Origin: an uncultured virus (IMG/VR IMGVR_UViG_3300017719_000001)
Taxonomy: Duplodnaviria > Heunggongvirae > Uroviricota > Caudoviricetes
Strand: one strand, 5' to 3'
IMG/VR virus record: IMGVR_UViG_3300017719_000001
Length of the DNA stretch: 58,559 bases
Both the position numbers and the translations under genes were made by a program. Positions 36,031-45,119 of this stretch are shown here, in pieces. The stretch's first letter is position 1. The number at the start of each line of letters is the position of its first letter. The notes beneath the pieces were generated by a model that worked only from the letters and a program-made list of their open reading frames with translations, was not told where the DNA came from and ran no database searches.

Positions 36031-37088
36031 ACTACCTCTAGATTTTGAGCCTCTGTATATAGCTTTCTTAACTCAACCTTAATGTGTTCTTTATCGAGAT
36101 CTGTTTCAACAGCTTCAACATATGAATCAAGAAGGGTCGTAGTATCTTCTAGGGATATTTTCTCGTCCTCGACGCTTTCTCCCAAATACTCTTCAAAAGA
36201 TTCTGCAATCTTTAATTCATAAGTCTCAATACTTTGCAGTCTATCAACAAACTGATCAAACATATAAAGGTCATTTTTATTTATAACAATTAGTTTAATG
36301 AACTTTTTCTCAAATTGTTTCACATCTATTTTGCTATAATCCGTTGTTGTATCGTCATATACTACCTTTTTAAACATGGTAATAGGATTACGAACTGGTG
36401 TTAATTCTCTAGTTTCTGTATCTAAAATATGAAAGAATTTAGGATCATCTACATCGGCCCAGGTAAACTCCATCTGAGTACCTAGATAGTCCACATTACC
36501 TCTACTAGATTTAGTATGGAAATGACCTGATAATACAGATTCAAACCTAGAAAATACATCAGCACTCATACCGTGTGGATTAGGTACACCTGCCATCATA
36601 TCAAAACCCTTTAATTCTAAATGAGCAGCAAGAATAGGAGCATTACAAGACATAGCAAAGTCCATGTATTCTTTATAGTTAGCATTATTAATCCAAGGTA
36701 CTACAGCAACACCAAGTCCATCATAATCAATGACTTTTGGCTCCATGTGGATATTAACATGTTTAGTAAAATATCCGAGCAGCTCTTTGAGGCTACACAA
36801 CTCGTTAGTATTTTTGTAAAACACATCATGATTACCAGGGATAATATCCATAGTAATACCATTATCCCGCATAGGTTCAAGAAAATGTTTGCGATTTTGA
36901 TTAAGAGCTTTAAAATTAACGAATTTTCTGTGTTCATAATAATCACCTAAATGCAAAATATGTTTGATATTATGCTCTTTTAAATAAGGAAAAAATATTT
37001 CCGTATAAAATCTTTCTTGGTAGTGTAAAAATATATCACTACTGTTTCTGACACCACAATGCGTGTCGTTTAAAATTGCTACTTTCAT
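36027..37088 (-). CDS. 47: Recombination endonuclease subunit gp47 (Mre11/SbcD-like)
   Basis: DTHCG, HLGD, GNHD, SGHFH. Confidence 0.96.
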   Translation of the reverse strand: MKVAILNDTHCGVRNSSDIFLHYQERFYTEIFFPYLKEHNIKHILHLGDYYEHRKFVNFKALNQNRKHFLEPMRDNGITMDIIPGNHDVFYKNTNELCSLKELLGYFTKHVNIHMEPKVIDYDGLGVAVVPWINNANYKEYMDFAMSCNAPILAAHLELKGFDMMAGVPNPHGMSADVFSRFESVLSGHFHTKSSRGNVDYLGTQMEFTWADVDDPKFFHILDTETRELTPVRNPITMFKKVVYDDTTTDYSKIDVKQFEKKFIKLIVINKNDLYMFDQFVDRLQSIETYELKIAESFEEYLGESVEDEKISLEDTTTLLDSYVEAVETDLDKEHIKVELRKLYTEAQNLEVV

Positions 37089-37310
37089 TTAATTATATGC
37101 CTCAATACAAAGGGATTCTTTATCACTAAAACTATATCCCAATGCTTTCATAAATCCTTCTAATACTTCTACCATATCATCACGTGATAAATCTTTCTGC
37201 ATCACATCTATAGTGACACGAGTATTGACAGACGACTCGTGTTCATATGGATTACATATTAGTTGTATGTACGGTTTATCCGTAGGTTTATTATATCCCA
37301 TCAAATTCAT
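37089..37310 (-). CDS. Hypothetical protein
   Basis: ORF track; tightly packed between 55 and 47. Confidence 0.65.
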   Translation of the reverse strand: MNLMGYNKPTDKPYIQLICNPYEHESSVNTRVTIDVMQKDLSRDDMVEVLEGFMKALGYSFSDKESLCIEAYN

Positions 37311-37314
37311 ATTA

Positions 37315-37887
37315 TTATACCATAAACAATTCTAGTTTTTGTTTCTTAGCCTTTTCTTCTTTGGCAAAAACCTTAATTGCCTCATCTTTAGTTCTTACCT
37401 GAGAGATTCTTTGTCTTAATGTATCGACATATTGTGCGGTTACTGCTGCACCTTCACCATCCATACCCATTTGAACAAAGTCATCAATACCCATCTTCTC
37501 AATAAACTTAAATTTAATGTCTTGTTGTTTCTTTTCTTTAGTAATCCTACGAATAAATGCAAAGAAGCATATCTGAGTAAAATAAGAAAATGCATTAGGT
37601 TTGCCTGTCCGTGTGGCAGTTTCGATATTATAATTATTGATAGCTCTTAAACAGTTTTCAACCCCATCCATAACCATTTCTTCCCGATAGGTATACCGAA
37701 CAAAGTTCGGTCTGTGGGACAGGCCTTCGGAAATTTTCATAAAGCAAGTGGCAATATAATCTGTGACTTTAGGGACGTCTGTACCAGCTTCCTTTGCTTT
37801 GTTGCATTCTTCTACGTATTCCACTACGGATAGTGAAAATAATTTATTATCTACATAATGTGGTTTTTGTTTAGCTTTAGTTGACAT
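37315..37887 (-). CDS. 55: Late-transcription sigma factor gp55
   Basis: HYVDNK, LSHRPNF..YTYREEMVMDGVENC, NAFSYFTQI.FFAFIRRI.KEKKQ. Confidence 0.96.
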   Translation of the reverse strand: MSTKAKQKPHYVDNKLFSLSVVEYVEECNKAKEAGTDVPKVTDYIATCFMKISEGLSHRPNFVRYTYREEMVMDGVENCLRAINNYNIETATRTGKPNAFSYFTQICFFAFIRRITKEKKQQDIKFKFIEKMGIDDFVQMGMDGEGAAVTAQYVDTLRQRISQVRTKDEAIKVFAKEEKAKKQKLELFMV

Positions 37888-37910
37888 CAGTTTTCCTCCA
37901 TAATGTGTAT

Positions 37911-37940
37911 ATTATAACACATTCTCATTCATTTGTAAAC
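37911..37940 (-). promoter_or_regulatory. Early promoter for 55-47-46
   Basis: GTTTACA-17-TATAAT. Confidence 0.75.
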
Positions 37941-37984
37941 CGGTTTATAACATTTATTTATTTTAAAATTAATTGCAGAAACGT

Positions 37985-38014
37985 GTTTACAAGTAGCCAT
38001 TTTTATGATATAAT
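37985..38014 (+). promoter_or_regulatory. Divergent plus-strand early promoter with no downstream sense ORF
   Basis: GTTTACA (37985-91), 17 bp, TG-n-TATAAT (38009-14). Confidence 0.7.
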
Positions 38015-38054
38015 ATATAAGTCATCCGGGGGGATAGAGGTATACCATAGGTTC

Positions 38055-38471
38055 TTAGTGGATAGTGGGATCATCATCATCTTCTATATCACCTGGAACC
38101 GGCATGTAATCTTCATCCGAATAATATTCATCTGTTCTAGTGTTTATTTCTTGTTTAAGCATTTCAGAAAGCAGTTCTTTATATGTTTGTACTTTAGGCT
38201 CATCATTAGAGCCCGAAGCCATTAAATATTTGCAGTATGCATCTGATATATTGGCAAATACGGGTACGTGTTGCATTACCCTAGTTTTGTACAGTTTGAA
38301 AGTCTTTTGAGGGGATAGTGGAAACCATCGTGTGAAATTATAATTGCCCGTCATGTTTAGCACGAGTAATAATGGCTCTTCAATGATATAGTTATCTTCA
38401 TTATTATTTACAAGAAATGCAATAATATCATCACCATTAAGCAGTTTGAAATGTCTAATTTGTTTTTCCAT
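38055..38471 (-). CDS. Conserved T4-like hypothetical protein (Sm-like fold)
   Basis: RHFKLLNGDDIIA...IIEEPL...WFP; located between uvsW and 55. Confidence 0.75.
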   Translation of the reverse strand: MEKQIRHFKLLNGDDIIAFLVNNNEDNYIIEEPLLLVLNMTGNYNFTRWFPLSPQKTFKLYKTRVMQHVPVFANISDAYCKYLMASGSNDEPKVQTYKELLSEMLKQEINTRTDEYYSDEDYMPVPGDIEDDDDPTIH

Positions 38472-38476
38472 AATAT

Positions 38477-38484
38477 TATTTATA
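38477..38484 (-). promoter_or_regulatory. T4-type late promoter
   Basis: TATAAATA 5 nt before the ATG, implying a nearly leaderless mRNA. Confidence 0.6.
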
Positions 38485-38486
38485 CC

Positions 38487-39992
38487 TTAAATTTTAACAT
38501 CAAATACTTTATAAGTGAATTTTTCTTTAGCATATATTTTAATTCTTTCAGCAGCATGCTGAAGAGTATAATTCTTTTTAGACTTCCAATGTAAATCATC
38601 TGCTATATCAAATACCTTAGTTGGTCTACCATCTTCTGATTTTCTTAATCCACGACCTATACTTTGTAGCACCCTAATTTGGCTCTTACTTGGACTAGCA
38701 AAGATGATATTATGTAAATTCCTAATATTAATACCAGTAGAAAAAGTACCCATGGAAGCAACAATAATCGCATTACTAGACTGCTCTGTAATCTCCCTGA
38801 CTTTCTCCCTCGTGTCCACATCGGTTTCACCTGATACATAAAACAATCTCCTCGTATTTCTAGGTAACTTATCAAACTTTTCTTGTAATAAACTATGTAG
38901 TGGTTTACCGTGTTTATCTACATATTGAAATAATACCAGTGTGTTACCATCTAGATCCATCGCAAGATTAGTAATAAAATTATTTCTTGGCTCGTATTTA
39001 ACAATATAATCCATTTCTGCTTGATAGTCTTTCTTTACGACTTCTCTGCAAATTTCATCAGAATATTTGAGCAGTAATACATCAATTTGTAATTCAGACA
39101 ATGCTTTCTGGTCTATAAGCTTTTTAGTAGATGTTACTCTATGCACCGGCCCGAATAATCCCTCTAACACTAACTGATGAGTCTGTGTACCATCGAGAGT
39201 TCCTGTAGTACCCATTCTATACTCTGCATTAACACATTTCTCTAATATAGCCGTAAGTGATTTAGCTTTAAAATTATGTGCTTCATCACCTATTACCATA
39301 CCATAATTTTCAAACCATGGTGTCTGCATCTTATAAATTGACTGCCAAGTGGTTATAACAACTCTTTGGTTTATATTATATTTTTCTTTACCTGAATAGA
39401 TTTTATGACAATTATCTTCTGCACTCCAATCATCTTGGCTAGAGTAATCAGAAAAATCAGAATACATTTGTTCTACAAGAGATGTAGTAGGTACAATTAA
39501 AAGAACATTGCGATCAGAAGAATCAAGAAAGGCTCTAATGCCCATGTATATAATGAGCGATTTGCCAGAAGCAGTAGGTGATAGTAAAAGTGATTTTTTA
39601 TTTGATAAAGCATGTTCAAGGGCCTCTAGTTGATAATCTCTGGGTTCTATTTTATTACCTGCAGCTGTAAGTGTTAAGCCATCTGTTATATATGATGTGT
39701 TTATTTTTTGGATACTGTCAGGTCTACCATAGTTTGTACTTTCAATTTCAATTTCATAATCTCGAGCCGCGGCAAATTCTTCTACATACTTAAATAGTCC
39801 ACAGTATAGGGTCTTTTTTCTGCCATCGAATAAACGAATTTTACCATCCCACATTCTGTTACGATACGCAGGCATGAATTTATATCCCGGCACAAAGAAG
39901 CAGAAGTGATCTGATAATTCTCTTTCAATACTGGGTTCGGTATCAATATGCAAGAACGTTTCGTTCTTCTTAATTATTTTAAGCTTGTCCAT
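38487..39992 (-). CDS. uvsW: SF2 DNA/RNA helicase UvsW
   Basis: WDGKIRLF, SPTASGKS, DEAH, QSIGRGLR. Confidence 0.97.
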   Translation of the reverse strand: MDKLKIIKKNETFLHIDTEPSIERELSDHFCFFVPGYKFMPAYRNRMWDGKIRLFDGRKKTLYCGLFKYVEEFAAARDYEIEIESTNYGRPDSIQKINTSYITDGLTLTAAGNKIEPRDYQLEALEHALSNKKSLLLSPTASGKSLIIYMGIRAFLDSSDRNVLLIVPTTSLVEQMYSDFSDYSSQDDWSAEDNCHKIYSGKEKYNINQRVVITTWQSIYKMQTPWFENYGMVIGDEAHNFKAKSLTAILEKCVNAEYRMGTTGTLDGTQTHQLVLEGLFGPVHRVTSTKKLIDQKALSELQIDVLLLKYSDEICREVVKKDYQAEMDYIVKYEPRNNFITNLAMDLDGNTLVLFQYVDKHGKPLHSLLQEKFDKLPRNTRRLFYVSGETDVDTREKVREITEQSSNAIIVASMGTFSTGINIRNLHNIIFASPSKSQIRVLQSIGRGLRKSEDGRPTKVFDIADDLHWKSKKNYTLQHAAERIKIYAKEKFTYKVFDVKI

Positions 39993-40150
39993 CTAACCTT
40001 TCCAATTGCAAGTGTATATACATATTTATTACTTACTAAAGATATGCCATCAAAGCTTTTAATCTTCTCTTTAGTATTAGTCTCTAGCCATTCTTTTAAT
40101 TGGGTTAAAGAGTTCCACTTCTTATTGTCTATGTAATTTAATGAATCCAT
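39974..40150 (-). CDS. Small hypothetical protein
   Basis: Likely start MDSLNY, TAATG-coupled to the uvsY stop. Confidence 0.6.
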   Translation of the reverse strand: MDSLNYIDNKKWNSLTQLKEWLETNTKEKIKSFDGISLVSNKYVYTLAIGKVRWTSLK

Positions 40151-40596
40151 TATACACCACTGGTAAATTTGTGCCACTCAATTGCATTCTTAATTGATTG
40201 ATGTCTCCATTTAATGTTATCCATGATTTCTTTTAATGTGTCTACCATTTCCTTAGTGTATTCTATTTTTAATTGAGCTTCTTGAATAAGTGGGTCTGCA
40301 TCATACCATTTATCCATATCACTTTTTAGTACAGTAAGGCCATTCATTGGATCATAATCCCAGCCCTTTTCATCTATTTCTTCTTTGCTAAGCTTACCAT
40401 TATAGTGCGACCACTTATCTCTAAGTAGTACTTTGAAATCTAGTTGTTGTTTTTTGAGTTTGAGTTTATTAACTGAATATAACTCTAAGTATTTACTGTG
40501 AAGTTTTGCAGATTCCCTGGAGGCCTCACCGAGATTCATTTCATCAATCACGGCATCTTTTTTCCACATTTCTATAATATTTTCTAAATTGTTCAT
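40150..40596 (-). CDS. uvsY: Recombination mediator UvsY
   Basis: MWKKD..ID, LHSKYL, R...IKNAIEW.KF.SG; adjacent to uvsW. Confidence 0.92.
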   Translation of the reverse strand: MNNLENIIEMWKKDAVIDEMNLGEASRESAKLHSKYLELYSVNKLKLKKQQLDFKVLLRDKWSHYNGKLSKEEIDEKGWDYDPMNGLTVLKSDMDKWYDADPLIQEAQLKIEYTKEMVDTLKEIMDNIKWRHQSIKNAIEWHKFTSGV

Positions 40597-40615
40597 AATA
40601 ATCCTTTGCTAATAA

Positions 40616-40652
40616 TATTTATATTATAACATAAAACCGACTAAATGTAAAC
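40616..40652 (-). promoter_or_regulatory. Early promoter with overlapping late promoter upstream of uvsY
   Basis: GTTTACA-17-TATAAT (40623-52) and TATAAATA (40616-23). Confidence 0.7.
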
Positions 40653-40656
40653 CGGT

Positions 40657-41115
40657 TTATAACACTTCAAAGTTTGTATAAGCAAATGTCACAGTAGCTT
40701 GTAGGTATTCAATGGTTGTGTTCTGAGTATTAAAGTCCAGACTATCCAGTGAAGTCGGAAATAAACCATTAAATTTAATTCTTTTTGATACATTGTTATG
40801 ACTATTTAATATAAGAAGTTCAGCATCTTCTGATACATCTATATTAGAGTTAATGCAGTTATGTAACCATTCAAAGGTTTCAATATAATTTTCCATATCT
40901 TCTGTTACATTAAATGTAATGGATAAGTCTGCAAATTCTAGTCTGTCACCTGTTAAAGCATAATTTACTCCCTTATAAGGCAATGGAGCCTCTGATAAGG
41001 TTACAGATGGTAATGTTACTCCAGTACAAAAGTACTCAATATTGGAATATTTCTGCCTGTTGATTACAAGCTGAAATCCAACTGGAGATAAGAAATTTTT
41101 ATTTATTGTAGTCAT
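40657..41115 (-). CDS. 3: Tail tube terminator/completion protein gp3-like
   Basis: NFLSPVGF, EYFCTGVTLP, FNVTEDMENY, FPTSL, ATVTFAY. Confidence 0.85.
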   Translation of the reverse strand: MTTINKNFLSPVGFQLVINRQKYSNIEYFCTGVTLPSVTLSEAPLPYKGVNYALTGDRLEFADLSITFNVTEDMENYIETFEWLHNCINSNIDVSEDAELLILNSHNNVSKRIKFNGLFPTSLDSLDFNTQNTTIEYLQATVTFAYTNFEVL

Positions 41116-41120
41116 ATTAT

Positions 41121-41128
41121 TATTTATA
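41121..41128 (-). promoter_or_regulatory. T4-type late promoter (gene 3)
   Basis: TATAAATA 5 nt before the ATG. Confidence 0.65.
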
Positions 41129-41176
41129 CATCCTAATAAGTTAAACTTAAAAAGCCGTCCTTAGCCATGTTACTTC

Positions 41177-41371
41177 CTACTTTGCTTTTGGTTCTGTCTT
41201 TTCTGCAGTGTCTTTAATTACTCCACTTACAGTTTCAAGAGTACCTGTTGTAATACCAACTACATCGGCTTTAACGCCGCCAACAATACCTTGAGTCGCA
41301 TTATATACAGAATCAACTGTTGAACAACCTGCGACTAATGCAATTGTGAGTAATGCAAATAACTTATGCAT
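41177..41371 (-). CDS. Small lipoprotein
   Basis: Signal peptide with lipobox LVAG|C; amphipathic body. Confidence 0.8.
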   Translation of the reverse strand: MHKLFALLTIALVAGCSTVDSVYNATQGIVGGVKADVVGITTGTLETVSGVIKDTAEKTEPKAK

Positions 41372-41478
41372 AAAACTTCTCCTAATCTGTATTTCCGATT
41401 GTGGTTTCCTCTATTCTCCCTACACCACAGATGCCCTGAGTGCCACTTGACACTGTAAGCCAACTCCATCTTACTGTA
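41372..41478 (-). promoter_or_regulatory. Long structured, GGA-rich 5' leader of the lipoprotein gene
   Basis: Hairpins GUAAG/CUUAC, AGUGUC/GGCACU, UGUGGU/ACCACA; five GGA motifs. Confidence 0.4.
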
Positions 41479-41479
41479 A

Positions 41480-41487
41480 TATTTATA
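41480..41487 (-). promoter_or_regulatory. T4-type late promoter
   Basis: TATAAATA immediately after the gene 23 terminator. Confidence 0.75.
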
Positions 41488-41492
41488 CACAT

Positions 41493-41520
41493 AAAAAAAG
41501 GGACTCCGAAGAGTCCCTTT
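41493..41520 (-). terminator. Rho-independent terminator after gene 23
   Basis: GGGACUC-UUCG-GAGUCCC followed by U7. Confidence 0.92.
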
Positions 41521-41541
41521 AAGAATCGACTTAACTACCGT

Positions 41542-42852
41542 TTATAGGTTGTTAATAGCCATGATTCTGAAGTATGGGTTTGCACGGTTAGTACCAACAC
41601 CATCAGCAGCAACGTAAGGATTTGCAACCATACCGTAACGAGTTTTAAACCCGATTCTTGGTTGGAAGTCCTCTTCACCAACTGCTTTAACCATTGATAA
41701 TGGAACGTATGGGCAGTAGAATAAACCAGCGTCATACGGGTTAGTTCCTCTGTAGCCTACAGTTACATAGTCTCTAGTTGCATATGGATCAACATATACT
41801 TTAGTTCTGCCGTTAAGAACACCAGCAAAAGTATTGCCTGTGTCGTCAACATTTAAGTTAGCGGCAAGAGCAGGAGTATAGTCAAGCATACCAGCAGCTG
41901 CGATTGCAGAAGCAACATCAGAAGAACAGATGATAAAGTTACCTTTACCTCTTCTTGTTTCTCTTGCGATCACGTTAGCTTCTTTTTCGATTTGCATGAT
42001 TAAAGACTTGAATCTTTCAACCATCCAACGACCGTCTGCATCAGCGTTAGCAGCCATGTCAAAGACACCGTCTGCAGCAAAGCCTAATTTAGCTTTAACG
42101 TTGATAGTTCTAATAATTTCTCTGTTGATTTCAGCTAAGATTTCAGCAGAAAGAATATTAGCAAGTTCACCTTCAGCGTCTAAACCGTGGACTGCTTTAA
42201 GATCCTGAGCAAGTTCCATAGTGTATTCAGCTTTAAGAGCTCTTGATTTAGCAGTTACAGTGGATTTCTCGATTGAGAAGGCCATCTCGCCGAAGTCGTC
42301 ACCAGTGTTACCTAGTGCTTCACCAGCAGCTGTAGTCATACCGGTACCTACACCGAATACATCTTCAACACCGTCAGAACCACTATCAGCTGATGTTTCA
42401 CCTGATAATACGTCACCGACTAATGAAGTTGAACCACCACCTTGAGTACCAGCACCCGAGAAGTCAGTATCAGCTTCACCGAATAGTGCTTCGTTAGCAC
42501 TGCCCTGTGTGCTATACTTAGACTTCATTGCAAAGATAAGTCCAGTAGGACCATTCATTGGCTGAACACCAGCGATATCATATGCAATAAGGTTAGGCAT
42601 TGCTCTTCTTACCAAAGAAATCAATACTGGATCGAACCCTTTGACGTTAGCTGTGGGCGATGTTGCATTGGCAGCAGTTTCAGTGATGAAGTTTCCATCT
42701 CTTTCTGCAGCTTCTTGTCTCATTGCCACTTCTTGGTTTTCTAACAATCTAGCTGTAACAGCTTTCTTGTAATTGTCGGAAATAGCAGGAGCAGATTCGT
42801 GATTTAGAACCGGGCCCCACTTTTCCATTAAGTTTGCGTCTGCGTTAAACAT
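41542..42852 (-). CDS. 23: Major capsid protein gp23
   Basis: LISLVRRAMPNLIAYD..GVQPM.GPTGLIFAM, SRALKAEYT.ELAQDLKAVHG, FQPRIGFKTRYG. Confidence 0.98.
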   Translation of the reverse strand: MFNADANLMEKWGPVLNHESAPAISDNYKKAVTARLLENQEVAMRQEAAERDGNFITETAANATSPTANVKGFDPVLISLVRRAMPNLIAYDIAGVQPMNGPTGLIFAMKSKYSTQGSANEALFGEADTDFSGAGTQGGGSTSLVGDVLSGETSADSGSDGVEDVFGVGTGMTTAAGEALGNTGDDFGEMAFSIEKSTVTAKSRALKAEYTMELAQDLKAVHGLDAEGELANILSAEILAEINREIIRTINVKAKLGFAADGVFDMAANADADGRWMVERFKSLIMQIEKEANVIARETRRGKGNFIICSSDVASAIAAAGMLDYTPALAANLNVDDTGNTFAGVLNGRTKVYVDPYATRDYVTVGYRGTNPYDAGLFYCPYVPLSMVKAVGEEDFQPRIGFKTRYGMVANPYVAADGVGTNRANPYFRIMAINNL

Positions 42853-42877
42853 TTTTAGTTTCCCCTATATGTTTATA

Positions 42878-43999
42878 TTATTTATTAAATTTGGATATTG
42901 CTTGAGTGTATCTGCTCATGGCATCAGATAAGTCAACATCTTGACTGTCCTGACCAATTAAGCTATCAACTTCATCAACTGATTCATTAACTTCTTTTGT
43001 GAAGTATGATTCTTTGACAGTTTTTACTTTCATTTCGAAAGTATCTGCGTCATCAAAATCAATATCTTCAACTAAAGATGAAAGTTTTTCAGCTTCCGTC
43101 TCAGCAAGCCCTGAGGATTGTTCTCTTACAATTTCTGCTCTTTGAAAATCTTGAACAGAACCGTGTAATTTAATATTATCCTCGGTTGATTTATTAAGGC
43201 TTTCTTCTAGTTCAGTAACCTGTGCAGATAATTCATCTACTAGGTCAACTTTACCTTCAGGAACCTCAATGTAATGTTCAGTGAACACTTTTTGAAGCGA
43301 AGTCATGAACTCTTCAGCAATTTCGGTTCTAAGACCTTCTGTTACTGCGACTTCATTTTCTTGCATCCAAGTTTCAACTACATAGTTCATGTAGGAATCT
43401 ACTTTCTCTACGAGTGATGTTTGGATTTCAGAAACTTCTTCTTCTAGATTTTGCACATATTCGGCTTCTAATCTGTCAACTTCTTGAGTAAGCTTAGATG
43501 TTAACACTGCTTCAAAGATAGAACCTGCTTTTCCTCTGAAATCATCAGAAAGAGTAGCTTCTTCTTTAATTAGTGCATCTAAATCTTCATCAAAGTCAAC
43601 TGATTCAACTTTAGCCTTGGCCTTCTTCTTAGAATCATAAGACTCTTCCTTCTCGGAATCATCTTCTTCTTCTTCGTTGTCGTCCATTTCAGTCACTGCA
43701 ACCATTTTAGCAAAGAGTTTTTGTGCATCTTCTTTACGGGCTTTCTTTAAGATTTCTACTGCAGCCTGGATTACTCCAGCCTTAGTTTTAGGAGTAGTAG
43801 GGGCTGACTCAACTGCGACTTCTTCCTCGTCTTCGTCTTCGTCCTCACCTTCTTCTTCTTTAACTTTACCTTCTTCAAGCTCTGAGTCTGCCTCGTCTAA
43901 ATTCTCATTTTCAACGAGCTCTGCATTCTCTTCTTGAATCGGCTCTTCAGTAGCTACATCTTCGACTGCCATATCATTTTCTAAATTGTCGATTGACAT
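42878..43999 (-). CDS. 22: Prohead core scaffold gp22
   Basis: Acidic coiled coil, IFEAV, VDSYMNYVVETW; located between 21 and 23. Confidence 0.93.
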   Translation of the reverse strand: MSIDNLENDMAVEDVATEEPIQEENAELVENENLDEADSELEEGKVKEEEGEDEDEDEEEVAVESAPTTPKTKAGVIQAAVEILKKARKEDAQKLFAKMVAVTEMDDNEEEEDDSEKEESYDSKKKAKAKVESVDFDEDLDALIKEEATLSDDFRGKAGSIFEAVLTSKLTQEVDRLEAEYVQNLEEEVSEIQTSLVEKVDSYMNYVVETWMQENEVAVTEGLRTEIAEEFMTSLQKVFTEHYIEVPEGKVDLVDELSAQVTELEESLNKSTEDNIKLHGSVQDFQRAEIVREQSSGLAETEAEKLSSLVEDIDFDDADTFEMKVKTVKESYFTKEVNESVDEVDSLIGQDSQDVDLSDAMSRYTQAISKFNK

Positions 44000-44008
44000 A
44001 ACGTTCTC

Positions 44009-44665
44009 CTATAGTTTAGAGTTTAATTTAGAGAGGAAATTTTTGAAAGCTCTTATTTCAACATCGGATGATGCCATATTACGAGCTTCTTTTATCTCAG
44101 TCTCAATTGATTCAATTTCTTGTGCAACTAGGACACCATTATTCCAGACCCAATCTACCCCTTCCATAATCCCATTTACAAAGGCTTCTGGAGCGGATGG
44201 ATCTTGAACAATGTCAACAGTAGATAACATAAAGTCTTTTGCTACATGTTGTGTTCCATTACGTTGTACAAGGCTTCCCATACCACGACTTGATACACCA
44301 AGCTTAACTCCACCTTCAAGCAAACCGCTAACGATATTGCCCATAGGGGTATTTAAGATTGATGCTTTTCCTATAACATTACTTCCGTCCCATCGGAGTT
44401 CAGTAATCTTATGTGAAACTTTATCGAGATTAATAGTCGGTCCATCAGGGTGATTTAATTCACCAACCGCTCTACCAGTCTCTACTTGTTCTTTAATATA
44501 TTTGTTTACGGCGTTCTCAAGTACATCTTTTGCATAGACACGGCCATTTCTATTCTTCTGGTCCGCTTGCATGAAAACACCCTCAATGGTAAGTGATTTT
44601 TTACCACCAACCTTTTCTTCAATGACCTCTAAATCACTGTCGATATATTCTGCAATTAGCTTCAT
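44009..44665 (-). CDS. 21: Prohead protease gp21
   Basis: NRNGRVY, GELNHP, GVSSRGMGS, DIVQDPSAPEAFV. Confidence 0.97.
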   Translation of the reverse strand: MKLIAEYIDSDLEVIEEKVGGKKSLTIEGVFMQADQKNRNGRVYAKDVLENAVNKYIKEQVETGRAVGELNHPDGPTINLDKVSHKITELRWDGSNVIGKASILNTPMGNIVSGLLEGGVKLGVSSRGMGSLVQRNGTQHVAKDFMLSTVDIVQDPSAPEAFVNGIMEGVDWVWNNGVLVAQEIESIETEIKEARNMASSDVEIRAFKNFLSKLNSKL

Positions 44666-44901
44666 ACTTCTAGTTCCTCGCCCATCAGCTTAATAAAATC
44701 ATTAGCTGATTTTTCTGCGTCTTTTGCAGTCTTAAAGTTATCGTCCAACTTCTCGCCGTCGATATAAACAGAGAAAGCACGACCTTTCTGTACTACTTGT
44801 ACATCAATCTTCTTTCTCTTACCACCTTTATATGACTTGATTTCTTTTTCTCCAGAACCAAGTTTAGTGGTTTTTTCTCTAATCTCTACAAAAGAAAGCA
44901 T
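44662..44901 (-). CDS. Prohead core protein (gp68-position)
   Basis: Position before 21; N-terminus MLSFVEIRE. Confidence 0.6.
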   Translation of the reverse strand: MLSFVEIREKTTKLGSGEKEIKSYKGGKRKKIDVQVVQKGRAFSVYIDGEKLDDNFKTAKDAEKSANDFIKLMGEELEV

Positions 44902-45075
44902 TTATTTTTCTTCCTGTTTAGTCTCTGCTTTTCTATTCTGCAAATTTGAAGCAATTTCAATCTTCTTTGCGTCTAGAGCAGCACTTAATTTGTCAGCCAT
45001 CATGCTATTAAACTGTTTACCAGCATTAACATTATCGCCCTTTTTCAAATCACTAATTAAGTTTTCTATTGACAT
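44902..45075 (-). CDS. Prohead core protein (gp67-like, 57 aa)
   Basis: Not in track; MSIENLISDLKKGDNVNAGKQFNSMMADKLSAALDAKKIEIA...; GAGGA SD and late promoter. Confidence 0.7.
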   Translation of the reverse strand: MSIENLISDLKKGDNVNAGKQFNSMMADKLSAALDAKKIEIASNLQNRKAETKQEEK

Positions 45076-45095
45076 AATATTGTCCTCTCGTTATA

Positions 45096-45103
45096 TATTT
45101 ATA
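45096..45103 (-). promoter_or_regulatory. T4-type late promoter
   Basis: TATAAATA. Confidence 0.75.
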
Positions 45104-45119
45104 CAATCTTGTACTCTGG

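Noticed and set aside
37881..38225. Plus-strand 114-aa ORF as the product of the antisense promoter
   Set aside because: It starts upstream of that promoter, lacks an SD and spans promoter DNA
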